Origin: Burkholderiaceae bacterium
GTDB lineage: Bacteria > Pseudomonadota > Gammaproteobacteria > Burkholderiales > Burkholderiaceae_F
Assembly (NCBI GenBank): GCA_035524275.1
Contig: DATKPC010000103.1
Location: forward strand, 1-55,229
Direction of reading: 5' to 3'
Length of the DNA stretch: 55,229 nucleotides
Shown piece after piece: positions 41,040 to 50,709 of the stretch. Every line of letters begins with the position of its first letter. Position 1 is the stretch's first letter. The notes under the pieces were generated by a model. That model was given only the letters and a program-made list of their open reading frames with translations. It had not been told where the DNA came from and searched no databases. The translations under genes and the position numbers were made by a program.

Positions 41040-41200
41040 GGGGTCATCCCCCAATCTTGTATATCAATAGGTGAAATTGATAGCCAAATTCATCCCAAAT
41101 CGACCGTTCATCGGCTTCGGTTGCCATCCATGTGGGATGAGATACCATATGTCTGCTAGTACTGCCGGACTAATCCAACCCATCGCGGACACGTATTTCT
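41040..41200. other. Short low-GC (~45-50%) non-coding island with local stem-loops, of unknown nature.
   Basis: The sequence ccccaatcttgtatatcaataggtgaaattgatagccaaattcatcccaaatcg… contrasts sharply with the ~70% GC flanks. It contains TCAAT/ATTGA and TCATCCCA/TGGGATGA inverted repeats. No convincing ORF is present; the 87-aa track ORF on the minus strand has atypical composition. Confidence 0.35.
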
Positions 41201-41299
41201 GGGATGAGGCGGGAATCACGGCGCTGTGACGACCTTCGGGCGCGCAGGCGAACGGGATGGGGCGACTCGCCACCTGAACGTAGATCGGAGGGAATGGCG

Positions 41300-41608
41300 A
41301 TGGTCCACCGGGCGTTGCTCGCCGCAATGTTGATCACGGCGTGTTCTTGGGCCACCAGTTCGGCGACTCCAAGCACGACGCCCGTCGCGGCGGCTCCCGT
41401 CCCGGCGGCCACCGGCGGCGCGGCCGACCTCGCGCTGGCCGGCGAGCGTGCCGCGACGGCACGCCCGCTGGAAGGCGGCGTCGCGTCGAAGGCCGCGATC
41501 GACCGCGAAACCCCCGCCGAGGCTCCGCGGGAATGGGTGCTGGTCGTCGCCGGCGCTTTCCTGATCATCGCGGTTTCCCGCCGCCGCCGCCGCTCGCATT
41601 CGGCGTAG
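41300..41608 (+). CDS. Small secreted Ala/Pro-rich protein with a C-terminal sorting-signal-like tail (P-R-E-W, hydrophobic helix, RRRRR), possibly a PEP-CTERM-like exosortase substrate, ~102 aa.
   Basis: N-terminal signal peptide (MVHRALLAAMLITACSWA), a low-complexity ATPSTTPVAAAP region, and the C-terminus …APREWVLVVAGAFLIIAVSRRRRRSHSA. GGAGGG lies 9 nt upstream of the chosen ATG. Confidence 0.5.
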   Translation: MVHRALLAAMLITACSWATSSATPSTTPVAAAPVPAATGGAADLALAGERAATARPLEGGVASKAAIDRETPAEAPREWVLVVAGAFLIIAVSRRRRRSHSA

Positions 41609-41621
41609 GCGAGTCGGCGCG

Positions 41622-41756
41622 ACCCTCTCCCCCGGCCCCTCTCCCGCTTCGCGGGCGAGGGGAGTTTCGTCGTCGCAATGGCCCACACGGCCTCAACGGC
41701 TGACGCCGTGGCTCCCCTCGCCCGCGAAGCGGGAGAGGGGCCGGGGGAGAGGGCGC
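41622..41756. repeat. REP/MITE-like palindromic element, copy 2, with the same inverted arms as copy 1 (CCCTCTCCCCCGGCCCCTCTCCCGCTTCGCGGGCGAGGGGAG) and a different ~47-bp spacer.
   Basis: Arms are >90% identical to copy 1 at 36737..36869. It also sits between convergent genes (the small PEP-CTERM-like ORF and flotillin). Confidence 0.7.
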
Positions 41757-41795
41757 CCGCCCCGCCCGGCCTTCTCCCTGCCTCACCAACGCAAG

Positions 41796-43769
41796 CTACG
41801 ACGCGTCGCGCGCTTTCGCGGCCGCCGGCGGCTCGCGCCGCACCTGCGCCAGCAGCGCGCCGAGGAACGCATTGACGATGCCGCTTGAGGCGCCGGCTCC
41901 CTGCGGATCGCCGGCCGCGCCGCCGCCGACCTGGACCTGCGGCACGACGGCGATATGGCCCTTCTCGATCGCCTCCGCGAATCGCAGCGCGACTTCCTTC
42001 GACAACTGGTATTGCGGCCCGCCGAAGGCGTCGACCTTGGCCTTCGTCGCCTGCGCCTCGGCCAGGCCGATCGATGCGACCCGCGCCGCCTCGCCCTCGC
42101 CTTCCAGCCGCGTCTTCGCGGCGATGGCGCGCGCGGTGATCTCGACCGATTCCGCGTCCTTGCGCGTCTTCGCGAGCGAGGCCGACCCCTCGTTCTCGCG
42201 GATCATGATCGCCAGCGTCGACTCGGTGATCGCCGTCTGCTGCTTCGCCTCCGCCTCGCGCTCGCGGAACGAGCGCTCCTGCAGCGCGGCCTGCTCCAGC
42301 AGCTTGAACGTCTCGACCTTCTCCCGCGCGACCTGGCGGCTCCTCAACTGGTCGAGGATCTGCTCGATCCCGGCGCCCCCCGCAGGGTTCGGCGTTCCGA
42401 TCAGGACCTCCTGCAGTTCCAGGTTGTAGTTGAGGAACTTCTCGCGCATCTCGCGGCTCGCGCGGTCCTGGATGTCGGAGCGTTCCTGCAGCAGCTCGAT
42501 CAGCGTCTTCGTCTGCCCGATGTTCTTGAAATAGGCCGACACCATCGGGTCGAGCGTCTGCTCGACGAGCTTCTTGATGTCGCCGAAGCGCTGCACGACG
42601 AGCGGCGCCTTCCGGTAGTCGATGTGGACGACGACCGACAGCGGCAGCGTCGGCTCGAACGCGTCCTTCGTGATCAGGCTGACCTCCATCAGGTTCTCGT
42701 CGAACTTGTGCTCGCCGGTCTGGCCCTTCGCCCATTTCAGGATGAAGTTCGTCGTCGGCACCAGGGTGATCACGCCGGCATACGTGTTGAACGCGTACTT
42801 GCCGGGCAGCAGCGGCTCCTGCCAGACCCCGCGGCAGCCCTTGGCGACGAGCTCGCCATGGCGATAGTCCGCGCCGCTGGTGTCCTCGCCCGGGCGCCCG
42901 GTGAAGGACACCACGACGCCGACGAAGCCGATCGGGATCACGGTCTTTTGGATGAACTCGACCGTCGCGAAGAGCCGGTTGACGTAGTACGTGCCTTCGA
43001 CGAGCACCTGGTACTGCCGGCCGCGTCGCCCGGCGCCGGCGAGGAAGGCCTCCGGATTCTGGAAGCTGTTGTGGAACGTCGCCGCGTTGGTCGGATCGTC
43101 GCCGACGGTCGGCGCAATGATCTCGCCCGGGCTCAGCGCCGGCCCGTCGTGAACCGTGACGACGCCGATCTTGTCGTCGCTGTCGCGGATGATGACCCCT
43201 TCGAAGCCGTCGCGGTCCGCGATCAGCGCCTGCATCTGTCGCAGGATCGCGGCTTCGTTGTCGGCGATCCGCAGCGAATAGATCGAGGCGTCGGTGACGA
43301 TGACGAACTGCGCAAGGTTGATCGCATAGGTCCCTTCGCGCAGCACCTTGCGCTGCGGGCCCTTCTGGCCGCCCTTCGCGAGGAACGCGCGAACGTCCTG
43401 GAACTCGTCGGCGGCGCGGTTGGACGCGAGCGTCTGCCCCGGCGCAAGCGGCTGGCCGTCACGCGCGAAGACGTAGCCGATCTTGCCCTGCGGGATCGTG
43501 ACCAGCGACGCGACGTGCACGCGGTACTGCAGCGGCGCGAAGACGTGGAAACCGCCGCGCAGCACGTCGGGCTGGAATCCGGCTTCGCCTCGCAGCGCGA
43601 TGAAGCCGCCGCGGATCGAGCCGCCGGCGCTCCACAATTTCTCGACGATGCCGATCCGGCTGTTGCCGATGTAGCGGACCGAGCCGCTCAGGCGCAGCAA
43701 CGCGAGCAGCAGCGCCAGCGCCACGAGCGACGGCACGGCGATCGAGGCGAGCTTGAAAAGCGAGTCCAT
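41796..43769 (-). CDS. Flotillin-family (SPFH/Band-7, YqiK-like) inner-membrane protein, 657 aa.
   Basis: N-terminal TM helix, SPFH domain, then a long coiled-coil region rich in E/A/K/Q repeats (…EAEAKQQTAITEST…) typical of bacterial flotillins. Confidence 0.82.
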   Translation of the reverse strand: MDSLFKLASIAVPSLVALALLLALLRLSGSVRYIGNSRIGIVEKLWSAGGSIRGGFIALRGEAGFQPDVLRGGFHVFAPLQYRVHVASLVTIPQGKIGYVFARDGQPLAPGQTLASNRAADEFQDVRAFLAKGGQKGPQRKVLREGTYAINLAQFVIVTDASIYSLRIADNEAAILRQMQALIADRDGFEGVIIRDSDDKIGVVTVHDGPALSPGEIIAPTVGDDPTNAATFHNSFQNPEAFLAGAGRRGRQYQVLVEGTYYVNRLFATVEFIQKTVIPIGFVGVVVSFTGRPGEDTSGADYRHGELVAKGCRGVWQEPLLPGKYAFNTYAGVITLVPTTNFILKWAKGQTGEHKFDENLMEVSLITKDAFEPTLPLSVVVHIDYRKAPLVVQRFGDIKKLVEQTLDPMVSAYFKNIGQTKTLIELLQERSDIQDRASREMREKFLNYNLELQEVLIGTPNPAGGAGIEQILDQLRSRQVAREKVETFKLLEQAALQERSFREREAEAKQQTAITESTLAIMIRENEGSASLAKTRKDAESVEITARAIAAKTRLEGEGEAARVASIGLAEAQATKAKVDAFGGPQYQLSKEVALRFAEAIEKGHIAVVPQVQVGGGAAGDPQGAGASSGIVNAFLGALLAQVRREPPAAAKARDAS

Positions 43770-43918
43770 GTGAGGGGCGCTCCCGGATCGACCCCATTCT
43801 GGGGATGGACCACTCTACGCGCGGGCGCCGTCAAGATGGCGTAAAAAAAACTTGGCCGGCATGGGTTCCCCGACCCATGCCGGCCGCGACGCTCAGGCGG
43901 GCGCCGGGGCGCCGCGGA

Positions 43919-44407
43919 TCAGAGCGGCGGAATGCGCAGCACCTGCCCCGGATAGATGCGGTCCGGGCTGCTCAGCATCGGCCGGTTCGCCTCGAAGATC
44001 GCCGGATACTTGTTCGCGTCGCCGTATTCGCTCTTCGAGATCTTCGACAGCGTGTCGCCGCTGACGACCGTGTAGTAGCGGGCCTCGGCGGTCGCCGCCT
44101 CGACCGTCAACTGGTCGTCGACGGACGCGACGCCGGTCACGTTGCCGCAGCACAGGACGATCTTTTCCTTCGTTGCCTGGTCGGACGCGACACCGGAGAC
44201 GGTCGCCACGCCGGTCGCGCCGTCGAACCCGACCTGCAGGTCCTGCGCCGACAGGTTCTGCGTCGCGATGTAGTTCTTGATCCCGTCCGCGGCCGCCTGG
44301 TTCAGTTGCGCGAGCTTGTCCTGCGCGCCGCTGGACGCGGCCGCTTCGACATCCTTGTGCGCGAAAAGCTTCTCGCCGGCTTCCTTCACGAAACTCAAGA
44401 GTCCCAT
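43919..44407 (-). CDS. BON plus LysM domain protein (YgaU/Kbp-like potassium-binding protein), 162 aa.
   Basis: The N-terminal BON domain and C-terminal LysM (YTVVSGDTLSKISKSEYGDANKYPAIFEANRPMLSSPDRIYPGQVLRIP) are nearly diagnostic of the YgaU family. Confidence 0.8.
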   Translation of the reverse strand: MGLLSFVKEAGEKLFAHKDVEAAASSGAQDKLAQLNQAAADGIKNYIATQNLSAQDLQVGFDGATGVATVSGVASDQATKEKIVLCCGNVTGVASVDDQLTVEAATAEARYYTVVSGDTLSKISKSEYGDANKYPAIFEANRPMLSSPDRIYPGQVLRIPPL

Positions 44408-44583
44408 GGCTCCCTCCTTAGGAATGATTTCCTTTGATCGAAGTCCGCGGTGTCGCCGCGGACGGCTGCGCGGACGATAACGGATCTGCTGCGCCGCGAC
44501 AGCGCGCGCTCAGGCGAGGACGACGCCAGCGCGTCGCGCAAATGCGTAGCGTGGGCGAACCCCGCCGCCGTCGAATCGCAGGT

Positions 44584-45447
44584 TCAGCGGCCGATCCGGT
44601 CCGCTGCGCCCAGCTCGATCGAACTCCATTCGACGAGGCCGACATAGCCGTCGGCTGCCGCGACGACGAGCGTGCGCGGGCTGCCGACATGGACGACCGT
44701 GCCCGGGGCGGCCCGTGGCGCGTCGGTCCACCCGACAGCGCGGCGCACATGGACGACGCTGCCGTTGATCGTGGCCTGCGTCTCCAGCAGCCCGAACGCC
44801 CGGACCTGGCGCAGGATCTCCGCGACCGTGCGGCCGAAGTCGAGCGTGCGGTCGCTCTCGCTCCAGCGCTTCCAGTAGCTCGCCGCGAACGGATCCTGCG
44901 GAACCGCGTCGTTCCATGCGCGCTCGAAGTCGCGCGCCACCTCGCCGGCGAGGCGGTCGACCGCGAGCTGGATCTTCAGGTCGAGGCTCTCATGGCACTC
45001 GTCGGGCGCGAGCGGAAACCGCGACGTCGCCAGCACGGGCCCGGCGTCGAACGCGTGTTCGATGCGATGGCAACTGACGCCCCAGGTCGCATGCTGGTCC
45101 AGGATCGCGCGCACCGCGGGGTAAGGGCCACGGCCGACGGGAAGCGGCGAGGGATGGAAATTGATCGCGAATCGCAGGTGCGGGTGCCACGCGCCGATGC
45201 GCCAGTTGTACCCGGCGACAACCAGCGCATCGCAGCCGCGACGGCCGAGGTCGGCGAGATCCTCCTCGACGATCGGCGACAGCTGCACCGGCAATCCGAG
45301 CCCCATCGCCCGCGCGACGAGCGCGCGATTGAAGTCGACGCGCTCGTCGGTCGGCGTCGAGTACAGCTTGACCGGTGTCCAGCCGGCACCGACGAAGGCT
45401 TCGAAGACCCCGCGGTGCCGGTCGGCGGCCGCCAGCGCGAATCGCAT
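44584..45447 (-). CDS. Formyltransferase-family protein (Fmt / ArnA-N-terminal-like), ~288 aa.
   Basis: Formyl-transferase core with …NFHPSPLPVGRGPYPAVRAIL… (the HxSLLPxxRG-type motif) and a C-terminal Fmt-like beta-barrel domain. The track ORF (566 aa) carries a long Arg/His-rich spurious N-terminal extension that overlaps the DUF3443 gene in another frame. Confidence 0.65.
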   Translation of the reverse strand: MRFALAAADRHRGVFEAFVGAGWTPVKLYSTPTDERVDFNRALVARAMGLGLPVQLSPIVEEDLADLGRRGCDALVVAGYNWRIGAWHPHLRFAINFHPSPLPVGRGPYPAVRAILDQHATWGVSCHRIEHAFDAGPVLATSRFPLAPDECHESLDLKIQLAVDRLAGEVARDFERAWNDAVPQDPFAASYWKRWSESDRTLDFGRTVAEILRQVRAFGLLETQATINGSVVHVRRAVGWTDAPRAAPGTVVHVGSPRTLVVAAADGYVGLVEWSSIELGAADRIGR

Positions 45448-45482
45448 CGGGTGCCGGCGCGAAGGCCGCCTCTGCGCGCCGC

Positions 45483-46799
45483 TCAGAAGGCCCAGTAGGG
45501 GCCGTTGCCGCTCGGCGTCGCGGAATTCTCGAACGCCGTGTAGATCGTGCGTCCGTAGAAGAACGGCAGCCCGTAGTCGACGCCGCCGATCCCGGTCAGG
45601 CCGGCGCCCGCGTCGGAGGCGCCGAGGTCGGCGAACGCGGTGCTGGTGCCATTGCTCGCAAACTCGGCGTGCGCATTGGCGATCGTGATCGTCACGGTGC
45701 CGGAATTGCCCGGATAGGTTCCGGTCGACGGGTTGTAGCCTTCGTTCGTGACGCCGCTGATCGTCGTGGTCGCGGTCGGGCAATAGAAGCCCGGTGTCAG
45801 CGTATCGCTGCTCGAGCAGCTGGCGATCGTCGAATCCGGCAGGAAATAGAGGTTCGAGCCGCTGTCGACGAAGCTTGCATCGGTATATGACGTGCCCTTG
45901 TAGATCGTCGTGAAGTTGCCGGAGTTCGGATTCACGTCGTAGACCGTCGTGCCGGACGTCACGGCATTGTTGGTTTGCGTCCCGATCCCGAAGGTCATCG
46001 TTCCGCTGATGCCGCTGCCGACGCCGCCGGTGCCGAGCGACGGCAGCGCCAGGATGACGCCGTTGTTGTCGGTCGCGAACGACGCGACGGGATTCGAAAC
46101 CTGCTGTGCCGGCGGCACGGTCGACGGCGTGCAGGTCGTCGACGTGCAGCCGTAGTAGGTGCCGGCGACCGCGACCGCCTGGTTGCAGGCCGCGCCGCAA
46201 TCCTGCAGGAAGATGCCGACGCCGAGCAGGCCGTTGGACTGCAGGTCGCCTGTCGTCTTGGCTTCGCTGCCGCTGGTGGAGCAACCGCTGGGCACCGCGA
46301 GGGTCGGGTCGCCGATGACCTGCATCGGCAGCGACTTGGCGGTTTCATTGCCGACCTTCAGGTCGATCGTGCGCACCGAACCCCAGGTGTAGAAGCTGCC
46401 GAACTGGACGCACTCGTAGAGGTTGCCGCCGACGGGCGCGCTGGCGGCCGGCAGGCCGAGGCTCGTGTTGAGCACCGACGAGAGGATCCGCAGCCCGTAG
46501 CTGCCGGTGTCGACCGTGACGTGGTCGATCGTCTGGCAGGTCGTCGTGCCCGGCACGCAGATCGTGACCGAGACGTAGGGAATGTTGAACGCGCCGTTGG
46601 TCGGCCCGCCGTCGATCGTGATGGCGACCTGGTTGCTCGCGAGCGTGCCGCCGGAACTGCTCCCACCGGAGCTGCTGCTGGAACTGCCGCCGCTGGAGGA
46701 GCCGCCCGTCGTCGTCGACGAGCCGCCGCTGCCGCCGCAACCGGCGACGGCGAGCAGCGCCGCCATCGCGCCGGTGAAGAAGAGTCGCTTCAACATCAT
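45483..46799 (-). CDS. DUF3443-like lipoprotein, 438 aa, with a lipobox (LLAVAGC) and a Gly/Ser-rich linker.
   Basis: Signal peptide plus lipobox Cys, a GGSSSGGSSSSSSGGSSSGG linker, and a Thr/Ser/Gly-rich beta-rich body with conserved Cys pairs and the C-terminal GLPFFYGR motif. Confidence 0.65.
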   Translation of the reverse strand: MMLKRLFFTGAMAALLAVAGCGGSGGSSTTTGGSSSGGSSSSSSGGSSSGGTLASNQVAITIDGGPTNGAFNIPYVSVTICVPGTTTCQTIDHVTVDTGSYGLRILSSVLNTSLGLPAASAPVGGNLYECVQFGSFYTWGSVRTIDLKVGNETAKSLPMQVIGDPTLAVPSGCSTSGSEAKTTGDLQSNGLLGVGIFLQDCGAACNQAVAVAGTYYGCTSTTCTPSTVPPAQQVSNPVASFATDNNGVILALPSLGTGGVGSGISGTMTFGIGTQTNNAVTSGTTVYDVNPNSGNFTTIYKGTSYTDASFVDSGSNLYFLPDSTIASCSSSDTLTPGFYCPTATTTISGVTNEGYNPSTGTYPGNSGTVTITIANAHAEFASNGTSTAFADLGASDAGAGLTGIGGVDYGLPFFYGRTIYTAFENSATPSGNGPYWAF

Positions 46800-46836
46800 G
46801 GATGGGGCCTTTCGCGTTGCGGTCCGGAGCCGCGCA

Positions 46837-47340
46837 TCAGCGGATCGTGTCGATGGAGACGCCCGCGGGGACGGCGTCCGGCAGGTAGGCGCGGCCGCGG
46901 AAGGCTCGCAGGTGTCCGGTCGACTCGACGACGAGTCCCGGCTCGGTCACCGTCAGGTGCGCGTGGCCCGCCTGCAACCGATGCGTCGAGCCGGTGAAGG
47001 TCGCGAAGTGCGCGCCGAGCAGCCGGCGCAGATCGGGCATGAATGGACCCTGCCACGCGACACCATAGACGACGCCGGCGGGCGAGACGAATTCGCGCAC
47101 GGTCGTCCCGCGGTCCGACGTCATCTCGTGGACCGCGAAGCCTTCGCGCGGCGTGACCTGGACGGCCGCCGCCGCCCGCATCGCGGTGCCGTCGGCCTGC
47201 ACGCTGGCCGCGTCGCCACCGAGCGTCGCGCGCGACGGCGTCGGCAGCAGCACCGCGAGGCCAAGCGCCGGCAACAGCGCCCGGAGGCCGGCCGCGCGAC
47301 GCGCGGTACGTGGGGTGGCTCGCTTCGATCTCAATGTCAT
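46837..47340 (-). CDS. DUF2844-like secreted protein, 167 aa, the usual partner of DUF3443.
   Basis: Signal peptide (LRALLPALGLAVLLPTPSRA). Family resemblance (…VHEMTSDRGTTVREFVSPAGVVYGVAWQGP…). It is encoded immediately upstream of the DUF3443 gene in the same orientation. Confidence 0.6.
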   Translation of the reverse strand: MTLRSKRATPRTARRAAGLRALLPALGLAVLLPTPSRATLGGDAASVQADGTAMRAAAAVQVTPREGFAVHEMTSDRGTTVREFVSPAGVVYGVAWQGPFMPDLRRLLGAHFATFTGSTHRLQAGHAHLTVTEPGLVVESTGHLRAFRGRAYLPDAVPAGVSIDTIR

Positions 47341-47622
47341 CGCGGGTTCTCGATGGATGTTCGTGGCCCGGCAACCGGCAGGGCCGTCATCGTGGTCGCC
47401 GGCGCCAGCGGGCTGGAGTCAAGACACCGGACTCCAGCCCGCCGGACCGCCGACGTCGGTTGCGCAGGTTGCACGCGGAATTCGAAAGAAAGTTTGGACG
47501 ATGCAGGAACTGCGAAACGCGGTCGGCGCGGCGTCGATTCGGCCCCACCGCGCCGGCCGCTTCGGTCGATGCGCCGCGCCCACATGGCTTGACCCCGATG
47601 CTATGTCAGCGCCGACGACGCT

Positions 47623-47663
47623 ACGTTACACGGCGACGCGAAAAGTGCAACGTCGTGTAACGT
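47623..47663. promoter_or_regulatory. 13-bp inverted repeat ACGTTACACG(G)CGACG – N12 – CGTCGTGTAACGT in the promoter region of the DUF2844/DUF3443 operon.
   Basis: Seen directly. It sits ~290 nt upstream of the DUF2844 start and just downstream of the convergent dppF end. Candidate operator (inference). Confidence 0.4.
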
Positions 47664-47779
47664 CGACCGCATGGGCGCGCCGCGTCGATGCGTTCATGCG
47701 CAAGGATGACGGCATCGACGCCGCGCGCTCGACGTGGGCGATCCCCCTGGGCATTCGCCCGCCGGCCTTGTCGCCGAAT

Positions 47780-48769
47780 TCATCGGTTCAGCTCGAGCGC
47801 GAGATGGCATGCAACCTGCTGGTCGTCGAGCGGCTGCAGCGCCGGCGGCTCCGCGCGGCAGCGCTCGACCGCATGCGGGCAACGGGCATGGAACGCGCAG
47901 CCTCGCGGCGGCGCGAGCGGCGAGGGCAGCTCGCCGCGAACGATCGATCCGGGCCCCGGGCGCGCCGCGTCGAGTCGTGGCGTCGCGGCGAGCAGCGCGC
48001 GCGTGTACGGGTGCGCCGGGCGCGCGAAGATCCGGTCGCGCGCGCCGGACTCGACGACACGGCCGAGATACATCACCAGGATGCGCTCGGCGATGTGACG
48101 CACGACGTGCAGGTTGTGCGAGATGAAGAGATAGGCGACCGCGGTGTCGCGCTGCAGGTCCATCAGCAGGTTCAGCACCTGCGCCTGGACGGAGACGTCG
48201 AGCGCGGACACCGGCTCGTCGGCGACGACGAGTCGCGGCGACAGCATCAGCGCGCGCGCGATCGCGATCCGCTGCCGCTGGCCGCCGGAGAACATGTGCG
48301 GATAACGGCCCGCCTGGTCCGGCCGCAGCCCGACGCGCGCCATCATCGCGAGCGCCGCGTCGCGCCGCTCGCCGGCGGCCAGCGTCGTGTTGATCGCCAG
48401 CGGCTCGGCGAGCAGGGCGGCGATCGTCTTGCGCGGATTGAGCTGCGCATACGGGTTCTGGAAGACCATCGAGACCTGCGGTCGCAGCGCGCGTCGCTCC
48501 CGCGGCCCGGCCGTCGCCAGCTCGACGCCGCCGAGCGTCAGCGTGCCGGCCGTCGGTCGCTCGATCATCGTCACGAGCCGCGCCAGCGTCGACTTGCCGC
48601 AGCCGGACTCGCCGACGACCGCGAGGGTGCGCCCCGACTCCAGCGTGAACGAGATCCCATCGAGCGCGCGGACAACGGCCTTGGGTGCCAGCCAGCCGCG
48701 CGACACCGCGTAGTGGCGCACCAGGCCCTGCGCCTGCAGCAGCGGCGCCTGGCTCGCCGCCTCAGGCAT
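47780..48769 (-). CDS. dppF: Peptide/nickel ABC transporter ATP-binding protein (DppF/OppF-like), 329 aa.
   Basis: Walker [10 protein letters not shown], signature LSGGQRQR, Walker B LVVADEP, and the C-terminal oligopeptide-ABC extension with a Cys cluster. Confidence 0.85.
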   Translation of the reverse strand: MPEAASQAPLLQAQGLVRHYAVSRGWLAPKAVVRALDGISFTLESGRTLAVVGESGCGKSTLARLVTMIERPTAGTLTLGGVELATAGPRERRALRPQVSMVFQNPYAQLNPRKTIAALLAEPLAINTTLAAGERRDAALAMMARVGLRPDQAGRYPHMFSGGQRQRIAIARALMLSPRLVVADEPVSALDVSVQAQVLNLLMDLQRDTAVAYLFISHNLHVVRHIAERILVMYLGRVVESGARDRIFARPAHPYTRALLAATPRLDAARPGPGSIVRGELPSPLAPPRGCAFHARCPHAVERCRAEPPALQPLDDQQVACHLALELNR

Positions 48770-49787
48770 CGTTCGCACCCGGGCGCGCGAGCGGGAAATG
48801 GCAGCGCACCTCCCGGCCGTCGGCGCACAGGACCGCCGGATCGACGTCGCGGCAGCGCTGCACCGCATGCGCGCAGCGCGGCGACAGCAGGCAGCCGCGC
48901 GGCCGGTCGTCGCGCCCCGGCACGACGCCGGGCAACGCCTGCAGCCGCGCGCGGCCGACGTTGTGCTCCGGCAGCGCGTCGAGCAGCGCCCGCGTATACG
49001 GGTGGCGCGGCGCGTCGAACAGCGCGGCGGCCGGACCGGCCTCGACGATGCGCCCGGCGTACATCACCACGACGCGATGCGCCGCCTGCGCGACGAGCGC
49101 GAGGTCGTGGCTGATCAGGATCATCGCCATGCGCTCGCGCGCCTGCAGCTGCATCAGCAGGTCGAGGATCTGCGCCTGGACGGTGACGTCGAGCGCGGTG
49201 GTCGGCTCGTCGGCGATCAGCAGCCGCGGGCGGCACGCGACGGCCATCGCGATCATCACCCGCTGCGCCATCCCGCCCGACAGCTGGTGCGGATAGGCGT
49301 CGAGCCGCGCCTCGGCGTCCGCGATCCCGACCTGCCGCAGCAGTTGCAGCGCGCGCTCGCGGCGCGCGCGAGCGCTCGCGCGTTCCGCGCTGCTGCCGTG
49401 CGCCCGCAGCACCTCGGTCAACTGGAACGCGACCGTGAAGCACGGATTGAGGCTCGCGAGAGGATCCTGGAAGATCATCGCGAGGTCCTTGCCGACGAGC
49501 GCGCGCCGCTCGCGTTCGCCGACCGCGAGCAGGTCGACGCCGGCAAACCGCAGCCGCCGCGCGGCGATGCGTGCCGGCGGGTCCACGAGGCCCATCGTCG
49601 CCAGTGCCGCGACGCTCTTGCCGGAGCCCGATTCGCCGACGACGCCCACGACCTCGCCTTCGTCGACGTGCAACGCGAGATCGTCGACCGCGACCAGCGG
49701 CGACGCGGCGGGCCCGAATTCGACGCGCAGCGCGTCGATCTGCAGCAGCGGATCCGGGGTGCGTGTCGTCGTGGTCGCCGCCGTCAT
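48762..49787 (-). CDS. dppD: Peptide/nickel ABC transporter ATP-binding protein (DppD/OppD-like), ~341 aa.
   Basis: Walker A GESGSGKS, signature LSGGMAQR, Walker [10 protein letters not shown]. The start is at [24 protein letters not shown]. The track ORF has a 13-codon extension. Confidence 0.85.
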   Translation of the reverse strand: MTAATTTTRTPDPLLQIDALRVEFGPAASPLVAVDDLALHVDEGEVVGVVGESGSGKSVAALATMGLVDPPARIAARRLRFAGVDLLAVGERERRALVGKDLAMIFQDPLASLNPCFTVAFQLTEVLRAHGSSAERASARARRERALQLLRQVGIADAEARLDAYPHQLSGGMAQRVMIAMAVACRPRLLIADEPTTALDVTVQAQILDLLMQLQARERMAMILISHDLALVAQAAHRVVVMYAGRIVEAGPAAALFDAPRHPYTRALLDALPEHNVGRARLQALPGVVPGRDDRPRGCLLSPRCAHAVQRCRDVDPAVLCADGREVRCHFPLARPGANDA

Positions 49788-49797
49788 GCCCGTCGCC

Positions 49798-50709
49798 TCA
49801 GCGCCGCAGCCGCGGGTCGAGCGCATCGCGCAGGCCGTCGCCCATCAGGTTGAATCCAAGGACCGTGACGAGGATCGCCAGTCCCGGTTCGGTGACGACC
49901 CACGGCGCGCGCTGGATGAACTCGAGCGCGCCGGCGAGCATCGATCCCCACTCCGGGGTCGGCGGCTGCGCGCCGAGGCCGAGGAAGCCGAGCGCGGCGG
50001 CATCGAGGATCGCCGACGAGAAGCCGAGCGTCGACTGCACGATCAGCGGTGCGACGCAATTGGGCAGCAGTGTCGAGAACATCAGCCGCCACGGGCCGGC
50101 CCCGGCGATGCGCGAGGACGTCACGTAGTCCTTCGCGATCTCCTCCAGCACGGCGGCGCGCGTCAGCCGCACCATGTGCGGCAGCAGCACGATCGCGATC
50201 GCGATCGTCGCGTTCGCGAGACCGGGCCCGAGGATCGCGACGACGGCGATCGCGAGCAGCAGGCTCGGCAGCGCGAGCATCACATCCATCAGGCGCATCA
50301 CGGCGACCTGCGTCCAACCGCCGAACGTCCCGGCCACGAGCCCGAGCGGTACGCCGACGAGCAGCGACAGCGCGACCGAGACGAATCCGATCGCGAGCGA
50401 CAGCCGGGTCCCGTGGATCAGGCGCGACAGCATGTCACGGCCGAGTTCGTCGGTCCCGAGCAGGTAGGCGCGTGTTCCGTCGGCGCGCCACGCCGGCGGC
50501 GTCAGCGCCGCGTCGCGAGCCTGCTCGATCGGCGAATGCGGCGCGATCAGGTCGGCGCCGAGCGCCGCGAGCAGGAGCGTCGCGATGATCGCCATGCCGA
50601 CGAGCGCGCCGCGGCCGGCGCGAAACGCGTTCCACGCTTCGTGCCAGGAGCCACCTGCGCCGGTCCCGGCGGCCTGCACGTCCTCGATCGCCGACGCGCC
50701 GTCAGACAT
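49798..50709 (-). CDS. dppC: ABC transporter permease DppC/OppC-like, 303 aa.
   Basis: BPD_transp_1 fold with EAA-like loop; family OppC. The start overlaps the dppB stop. Confidence 0.85.
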   Translation of the reverse strand: MSDGASAIEDVQAAGTGAGGSWHEAWNAFRAGRGALVGMAIIATLLLAALGADLIAPHSPIEQARDAALTPPAWRADGTRAYLLGTDELGRDMLSRLIHGTRLSLAIGFVSVALSLLVGVPLGLVAGTFGGWTQVAVMRLMDVMLALPSLLLAIAVVAILGPGLANATIAIAIVLLPHMVRLTRAAVLEEIAKDYVTSSRIAGAGPWRLMFSTLLPNCVAPLIVQSTLGFSSAILDAAALGFLGLGAQPPTPEWGSMLAGALEFIQRAPWVVTEPGLAILVTVLGFNLMGDGLRDALDPRLRR

